Part shown: in pieces, positions 58,414 through 64,000 of the stretch
Position numbering within the stretch: the first letter of the stretch is position 1
How the letters are laid out: every line of letters starts with the position of its first letter
Virus record (IMG/VR): IMGVR_UViG_3300009155_000035
Source of the DNA: a virus
Lineage: Duplodnaviria; Caudoviricetes
DNA: 64,000 bases
Reading direction: 5' to 3' (one strand)
The notes under the pieces: generated by a model
Seen by the model: the letters and a program-made list of their open reading frames with translations, nothing else
Databases searched by the model: none
Told to the model about the DNA's origin: nothing
Program-made: the position numbers and the translations under genes

Positions 58414-59075
58414 TGTTAACAAAGTATCGTGAACACTACGAAGGAGAGTTTGTACTAACAAATACTACCATTCGTGACGGAGAAAAAATTGAACAACGTG
58501 AGTGGGTACCAAACCCTATCACCAATCAGCACGTATCTAACTATGCGGCTGTTATTGGCAGTGACAATAACAAAGAGTGGTTTGACCATGAAATTTTGCA
58601 AAATCATCGTGGTGGTATTTTGAGCACACGCCGTATGCAGACTTATGGTTGCAACGAGGTATGGCGCAATACCAAATTAGATTTCTATGTTACTAGAAAA
58701 CCAGCCGAATTGGAAGATATCAAGGTCGCTGGATATCACAACAACCACATTGTTTATACAACAGTCAGACAAACATTACGAAATCCAGGATCATTTTATG
58801 TTGTGCCACATGCACCTGCGTATGATGAGTTGGCGCTAGCAGTTTACTTGGCTGCATTTGATGGACACAAAGAAATATTTTTACTTGGCTATAACAAAGA
58901 TACACAAGGTGTTGACAACGACTGGGTACAGCAAGTATCCGATGTTATTAAATCCTATCGTAATTGCAAATTTTATCTAGTTGGACCCACAGCCAACTTG
59001 CATGAAGTTTGGAGAGCACACCGCAATGTTGACTGTTTAACGTTTAGAGATTTTATCACTCATTGTGACATTTGA
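58413..59075 (+). CDS. Maf/DUF115/GT42-like putative glycosyltransferase, paralog 2
   Basis: YGCNEVWR, FLLGYN, WVQQVSDVI align by eye with the 46023-46607 product. Confidence 0.55.
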   Translation: MLTKYREHYEGEFVLTNTTIRDGEKIEQREWVPNPITNQHVSNYAAVIGSDNNKEWFDHEILQNHRGGILSTRRMQTYGCNEVWRNTKLDFYVTRKPAELEDIKVAGYHNNHIVYTTVRQTLRNPGSFYVVPHAPAYDELALAVYLAAFDGHKEIFLLGYNKDTQGVDNDWVQQVSDVIKSYRNCKFYLVGPTANLHEVWRAHRNVDCLTFRDFITHCDI

Positions 59076-59485
59076 AATTGTTGTTTGATTAGTGCGATTT
59101 TTTCTAACACAACATCAAAGTTGACGGTGTTCCACAACCCAGGATGCATGGGCCTGGGATACGCATCACCGTCGATCCAAGCATATCCCAGATGTTCAAA
59201 ATTTAAGTTGGGTTTAAACTCATCTTGTACACAGCAAAAAAATGTGTGATAGGCAAAGGCGTCATCGGGACTGGTGAATTTTTCAATCGGAACCAAGGCC
59301 AAATGTTCTGGCATACTGCCCAACTCTTCAGTGCATTCTCGAGTTATAGTGTCGATCAAACTTTCGCCTGGTTCAATTTTCCCGCCAGCAAGCCCCCATG
59401 TCATGGGATGACGAGAATCATTACGCATTAGATACAAATAACGTTGAGTGTTTAGGCTGTAAAACCATACTCCAACTGCACTCAC
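59060..59485 (-). CDS. Nudix hydrolase
   Basis: Nudix box GGKIEPGESLIDTITRECTEELG; probable GTG start at 59485 overlapping the gp15-like stop. Confidence 0.88.
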   Translation of the reverse strand: MSAVGVWFYSLNTQRYLYLMRNDSRHPMTWGLAGGKIEPGESLIDTITRECTEELGSMPEHLALVPIEKFTSPDDAFAYHTFFCCVQDEFKPNLNFEHLGYAWIDGDAYPRPMHPGLWNTVNFDVVLEKIALIKQQFQMSQ

Positions 59486-60867
59486 AGTACCAAGCTCCAT
59501 TCTCCGCCAACATACAACCCTTCGTAACTCTTGACCCAATTAGATCCAGTCCATCGATACTGTACATCAGTAGTTAAGTTGGTTACAAACTGAGTGTTAT
59601 CGTAATGCTCTCCAGCTTCAAATACCACAACCCAATCTGTGCCGTTGAATTGAATAATGTTGTTGGCCTTGCCAACTAGATATCCCCAGGCCTGTGGCGG
59701 AATAGGATTTGACAAATCACCAACGTCTTCTAGAATCAAGTAGCGGGTGCCTGTTGTGGCCACTGGAAGGCCAGCCCCAGGGCCACTCAACAGTGGATTG
59801 ATAATTGCATTAATTGGGTCTAGAGTATTTTGTGGAAGAGTGTCGGCATCAATATCAACTAGTAAAAAGTGATCATTTGTTGGATCGTAGGTAACTGTTC
59901 CAATTATTTCAGTATCATCGCCCCACTGGCTGGCCAGTCGAATTTGGCTAATACCATCACGCAACGTTCCATACAGACCTACAACAGCATGCCAGAATAC
60001 ATTACTGTTGGGAAATGCCGGTATATTAATACTACTGTTAGGGGCATCAATTGTGGCCGATTGTGTTAGTACCTGAAGTTTGTTTCCAATTAACAATGTT
60101 TGATAACCATATGGAGTAAACATCTGACGGGTGCCAAGTAAAAGATCACTGTTGGTAATTGCGTCAACTGCGTCACCCTTGGTATTATATACTGATGCAA
60201 CAATTTTTTCTATGACTCCAAGCTTTTTGACCTTTGCTGGGCTTGAGATCCAAATTGGCAATGTAAATCGCATGGTCATGATATCAATGGGATTTTCTGT
60301 GCCTTGTGGAATAGTGCGACTGCTCCAGGTAGTTGATTCAAGTTCAACAACACTTAAACTGGTCCAATCAAGATAACTGTCGGTGCTCTGCACTTCCAAA
60401 CTTGGATTAAACAATGTAGCAATTTGTTCAAACAACTGCATTTTTTGATTTGTATTACTGGTCCAAAAATCACAGTTAATGGTCATCTTGTAAGGTACTG
60501 GCATCAATCTTTCAATTGTAAATGCATTGCCTTGTGTGGTCTCATAAGTCTCTGTCTCAGCATCATATGTTCTTTGCCGCACGGTTGTTCGATTCACAAA
60601 GTATGGTTCTTGCATGCGTGGACGATCGTAGTCCATGCCTGCAATGTAAAATGTAATCAACGGTGTACTAGGTAACGCACTAGATGAGTTGTTTTGCATC
60701 ACTGTGGCAACTTGTCGGGATGCATCGCCGTATCGCACCGGTACTCTTAATAGCGTAGGTGCACCAGTTGTTTCATCCTTGCCGTATTCAACTTGAAAAT
60801 TACTAAAGATTCTTGTAAATTGCAGTAAGAATCTTCGTATCTGTTCATCATAAAAAAATTGTTGCAT
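59482..60867 (-). CDS. Tail terminator/sheath stabiliser, gp15-like, with C-terminal extension
   Basis: FFYDEQIRRFLLQFTRIFSN...RVPVRYG...PVPYKM...QLFEQIATLFNPS. Confidence 0.85.
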   Translation of the reverse strand: MQQFFYDEQIRRFLLQFTRIFSNFQVEYGKDETTGAPTLLRVPVRYGDASRQVATVMQNNSSSALPSTPLITFYIAGMDYDRPRMQEPYFVNRTTVRQRTYDAETETYETTQGNAFTIERLMPVPYKMTINCDFWTSNTNQKMQLFEQIATLFNPSLEVQSTDSYLDWTSLSVVELESTTWSSRTIPQGTENPIDIMTMRFTLPIWISSPAKVKKLGVIEKIVASVYNTKGDAVDAITNSDLLLGTRQMFTPYGYQTLLIGNKLQVLTQSATIDAPNSSINIPAFPNSNVFWHAVVGLYGTLRDGISQIRLASQWGDDTEIIGTVTYDPTNDHFLLVDIDADTLPQNTLDPINAIINPLLSGPGAGLPVATTGTRYLILEDVGDLSNPIPPQAWGYLVGKANNIIQFNGTDWVVVFEAGEHYDNTQFVTNLTTDVQYRWTGSNWVKSYEGLYVGGEWSLVL

Positions 60868-60870
60868 TGA

Positions 60871-62238
60871 TTATCGTCCTGGTGGTCTTGGGTTTGGTGG
60901 TAAGTTACCGTTGTCATCGCCATTATCAGCTTTGGGTTTAAGCAACTCGCTAAGGCTTTGTCGACTTGGGATATTGCCAAGGTCTGTAGTTGGCACAGTG
61001 TATGTATTATTAACAAAGCTCGAGCGTAGAGTTTTGTTAGCTGGACCGTTGGTCAAATCAGTTCTCACATTGTCCTCGATCTTGACCCAGGATGCACCAT
61101 TAAATCTAAACAGTCTGTTGGGGAAGTAATCCAAACGCAATGAATAATCACCTTCTCTTGGCTGTGATGGAAACGATACCCCTGGAGTAACTGGTAATCC
61201 ATTTGGTGCAATACCATCTCCGGTAAGATAACCCATGGTGTATCCGTCAGACCTTGGTGTTTGAGTAGCGTCGGCACTGTTGGGATCAGACCCATCAACT
61301 GTGTTAAGGTTGTTGTCTGCACTGACGCTGGATGGATCAGCCGGAGTCCCATCCGGATTAGTTGGCCAGATATAAAACTTTACTGTATCGTATCCCGACA
61401 ATGGAACTTCGATCTCGCTCTGTAACAAGATAGCATCATTGAGTTCGTAGTCTTTGGGACGAGTACTGCCATACTGTTCTTCAGTTGGCGGGTCAATTTG
61501 TTCCCAATATGTGGTATTGGTGATGTCAGTGCCCACTGGCACATCAACTTTGGCTCGATAATAAGTATCGCCAGAGTTAACAATACTACCACTGGGGTAG
61601 AAATTACCATTGTCCCAGATTTGTTCACTAACAAAAGGCTTGTTAACAATTTCTTGATATTCTTGGGCATTAACCAAAGGTGTTGCTTTTACACGCCACA
61701 AGTGCGGCATCCATGTTTGACTAAACCCTTCGCTGGCAAATGCCGCATCTTGGATTACATAATATCTTGGAAGTGCTCTAGGTATGGCACTGTTAAGGGG
61801 ATTCATATCACGCAGATTTGGAATTTCCATCACGTCACCACTCATGAGCTTGCGCCCGATTGTGTCAATCATGTCATTGTAGTGAAAAGTAACAAACAAT
61901 GTATCGTTGTTTAAAAACAATCCAAATTGAGTTAGATCAAAGTCAATATCTTGAGTACGATACACTCCACGCAATTGATATACATCTGGATCATATGCCC
62001 GATCTCTATTTTCTAGCAACAGTAAGTCTTGGATAAACAACGGATTGTCGGTGCTATAGATTGGTTGGGTAGCATCATAGTTGCCAGACTCAACTGAGTC
62101 TTCCCCTCCAGTTTTGGGTCCTAGATACTTGTGCAGGTATATATCTACACCACCGACGGTGTACATTTCGGATATAGTTCGGTCAAAAAACCGGTAGTCG
62201 TTGGTACGATTTGGACGATATAGGCTGAGTCTTGGCAT
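60871..62238 (-). CDS. Neck protein, gp14-like
   Basis: LFGEN-like LLLENRDRAY..., QFGLFLNNDTLF, GDVMEIP; start ATG 62238 lies 7 nt after TAAATA (62246-51). Confidence 0.75.
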   Translation of the reverse strand: MPRLSLYRPNRTNDYRFFDRTISEMYTVGGVDIYLHKYLGPKTGGEDSVESGNYDATQPIYSTDNPLFIQDLLLLENRDRAYDPDVYQLRGVYRTQDIDFDLTQFGLFLNNDTLFVTFHYNDMIDTIGRKLMSGDVMEIPNLRDMNPLNSAIPRALPRYYVIQDAAFASEGFSQTWMPHLWRVKATPLVNAQEYQEIVNKPFVSEQIWDNGNFYPSGSIVNSGDTYYRAKVDVPVGTDITNTTYWEQIDPPTEEQYGSTRPKDYELNDAILLQSEIEVPLSGYDTVKFYIWPTNPDGTPADPSSVSADNNLNTVDGSDPNSADATQTPRSDGYTMGYLTGDGIAPNGLPVTPGVSFPSQPREGDYSLRLDYFPNRLFRFNGASWVKIEDNVRTDLTNGPANKTLRSSFVNNTYTVPTTDLGNIPSRQSLSELLKPKADNGDDNGNLPPNPRPPGR

Positions 62239-62263
62239 AGTGCAGTATTTATGGAAAGCTCGG

Positions 62264-62292
62264 TTGACCAAATAATCCCAACCTGCTATAAT
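62264..62292 (+). promoter_or_regulatory. Sigma70-type early promoter
   Basis: TTGACC, 17 nt, TGc-TATAAT. Confidence 0.8.
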
Positions 62293-62318
62293 TAGAACTT
62301 GTCAACAAAGGAGCTACT

Positions 62319-62576
62319 ATGCTTACAGATGCACAAAGCGAGCAAATTAATAATACTGAAGTATACACTTTAGATTATGAGGCAGAAGCACTACAAAGTT
62401 TTAATGATACCGGGGACGACTTAATGGACGAGCTGGAAGTTCGCGCCACTAATGTTATTTTGGAACAAACAGGCTGGAACGCTCGCGAGGACCTGGGCGG
62501 CATTACAGCTTACTTCAAAGACAATACTTTAGTGGCATTTTACGATTACGAACAGTTTCGGGGCACTGTGTTCTAA
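62319..62576 (+). CDS. Small acidic early protein (85 aa)
   Basis: AAGGAG SD; 18 D/E versus 4 K/R. Confidence 0.75.
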   Translation: MLTDAQSEQINNTEVYTLDYEAEALQSFNDTGDDLMDELEVRATNVILEQTGWNAREDLGGITAYFKDNTLVAFYDYEQFRGTVF

Positions 62577-62596
62577 AAACAAAACTTTTAGCGGGA

Positions 62597-62625
62597 TTGA
62601 CATAAAAATCAATCCCTGCTATAAT
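62597..62625 (+). promoter_or_regulatory. Consensus sigma70 promoter overlapped by an 8-bp inverted repeat
   Basis: TTGACA, 17 nt, TGc-TATAAT; GGGATTGA-N8-TCAATCCC at 62593-62616. Confidence 0.85.
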
Positions 62626-62651
62626 TACAGTTATTGCTTTTTGGAGAACGT

Positions 62652-63794
62652 ATGAAAGTCGCAACCAAACCTGTTAAGCCCTTGAATCCGCGTAGTGCAG
62701 ATACTAACGCCATGGGCATGGAACCAACTTGGCAAACTCAACCCGCAGACAATCGGGTCAGTGCTCTGAGCAGAGCGTTCTCTTGGTACAATTATTTTTA
62801 CGGCAAAAAAGATGCACGTGATATGATCGTTGCATACCTTGAAGCACACGATCGTAAAGCAGATGTTCGTACACTCAAACGCATTCCAGACAGCTCAATA
62901 CGACTGACCACAGGCTGGTTGTGCCGTATGACTTTGGTGGGACTAGAGCTTAATGACCATGAGCAAATACAACTAGACAGTCTTCTTAAAGAGGTCCTTG
63001 AGTCTAAACAAGACGATGTAGTAGAAGAAGCACCACCCGTTGAGGACACAGTATCCAAAATTACGATTCAAGATCGATTGCGTGAAAAAGTAGGTGAGTG
63101 CGCCGGCGAGCTTGAGGGACTGTTTGACGAGTTTCTCGACAATGGTGCAAAGATGTCAGCAGACTTTAAACCTATTTCGATTATCCGAAGCAAAAACGTT
63201 GCACCACAAATGATTGGTACTATTGCTGACATTTGGAAACGTCGACAAACTGAGTTTGAAGAAGTGATTGCCGGTAAAGACCCCCAGTTGGTCGAAGGGT
63301 ACAGTCACCTTGGCAAGGTTCAATTGCGTAATGTGCTCAAGTTCTGTGAAACTGTGATTAACGATTGCGGGGCATACGTACAAATTAAAAAGGTTGAACG
63401 CAAGCCACGCAAGGTCCGAGCAGTACCCCCAGAAAAACGTGCGGCCAAGTTCAAGCATATCCTAGAGTTTGCAGAACTCAAACTCAAGGGATTACCGGCC
63501 GCAAGCTTGGTAGACAAATCTGAAGCCTGGTTGTACGATACTAAAAAACGAAAACTGGTTCATATTGTTGCAGATGAGTACGCCAAAGTGTTTACTGTAA
63601 AGTCAAACTCTGTTATTGGCTTTAGCACAACAGAAACTGTGCAAAAAACACTGCGCAAACCAGCCGATGTTTTGAAACTTCTAGGTGCGGCAGGTAAGCC
63701 AGCGGCACGTAAGATTTTCAAAGAAGTTACTACTACTGAAACACCCTGGAATGGACGTGGCACAGAGAACTTGATCATCCTAAAGAGTTGGTAA
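62652..63794 (+). CDS. Conserved T4-like hypothetical protein
   Basis: GGAG SD before ATG 62652; C-terminal WLYDTKKRKL...VKSNSVIGF...KTLRKP is a motif recalled from T4-like phage hypotheticals. Confidence 0.7.
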   Translation: MKVATKPVKPLNPRSADTNAMGMEPTWQTQPADNRVSALSRAFSWYNYFYGKKDARDMIVAYLEAHDRKADVRTLKRIPDSSIRLTTGWLCRMTLVGLELNDHEQIQLDSLLKEVLESKQDDVVEEAPPVEDTVSKITIQDRLREKVGECAGELEGLFDEFLDNGAKMSADFKPISIIRSKNVAPQMIGTIADIWKRRQTEFEEVIAGKDPQLVEGYSHLGKVQLRNVLKFCETVINDCGAYVQIKKVERKPRKVRAVPPEKRAAKFKHILEFAELKLKGLPAASLVDKSEAWLYDTKKRKLVHIVADEYAKVFTVKSNSVIGFSTTETVQKTLRKPADVLKLLGAAGKPAARKIFKEVTTTETPWNGRGTENLIILKSW

Positions 63795-63796
63795 AT

Positions 63797-63818
63797 ATTA
63801 AGGACAGGAGTCCTTAAT
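63797..63818 (+). promoter_or_regulatory. SD-sequestering hairpin overlapping the late promoter start region
   Basis: ATTAAGGAC-AGGA-GTCCTTAAT, immediately after TAAATA (63792-97). Confidence 0.75.
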
Positions 63819-64000
63819 GGCTGACCAAACACTTGATCCACTTAAAAAACAACTTATAGAATATGTGCAACTACAGCTTGCAAGTCAAATTATTGATATT
63901 GAATTAGACCCAGAGCACTACGAAGCCGCATATCAAAAAACCATTGGTACGTATAGACAACGTGCGCAAAATGCCTATGAAGAAAGCTACAGCTTCATGG
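63817..64000 (+). CDS. Neck protein, gp13-like (5' part only)
   Basis: MADQTLDPLKKQLIEYVQLQLASQIIDIELDPEHYEAAYQKTIGTYRQR; AGGAG SD; runs off the window. Confidence 0.75.
   Translation, partial: MADQTLDPLKKQLIEYVQLQLASQIIDIELDPEHYEAAYQKTIGTYRQRAQNAYEESYSFM

Noticed and set aside
1-64000. Alternative genetic code (stop-codon reassignment)
   Set aside because: Core genes are full length in the standard code and TAA, TAG and TGA all appear as terminators at tight gene junctions

Overview
This window is the virion-morphogenesis region of a large T4-like (Tevenvirinae-like superfamily) myovirus, judged from sequence motifs only. No database search was run and family names are recognised from memory. 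Minus strand 1-23 kb is a baseplate module: a giant >3,580-aa wedge protein missing from the ORF track because it runs off the window, then gp6-, gp25-, gp5-, gp27-, gp53- and gp48/54-like genes. Plus strand 23-31 kb carries a gp55-like late sigma factor, gp47/gp46 interleaved with SGNH-like and other modification enzymes, a radical SAM/SDR pair and a small GIY-YIG nuclease followed by ~430 nt of highly structured, pseudoknotted non-coding sequence. Minus strand 31-34 kb has a gp26/gp51-like pair joined by a -1 slippery site, coupled to a four-gene cassette that includes an ATE/Bpt-like aminoacyl-transferase domain. Plus strand 34-58 kb encodes tape measure, portal, core/scaffold, protease, major capsid protein, and a fibre operon flanked by glycosyltransferase-like genes. 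The right end has gp15-, gp14- and gp13-like neck genes and two early genes. Late promoters (TAAATA), four sigma70 promoters, terminators and Shine-Dalgarno (SD)-sequestering hairpins are readable. The top candidates for undescribed biology are the GIY-YIG plus structured RNA locus, the tail-chaperone-like frameshift, the ATE-like cassette and a putative fibre glycosylation system. No CRISPR array, tRNA or rRNA was seen.
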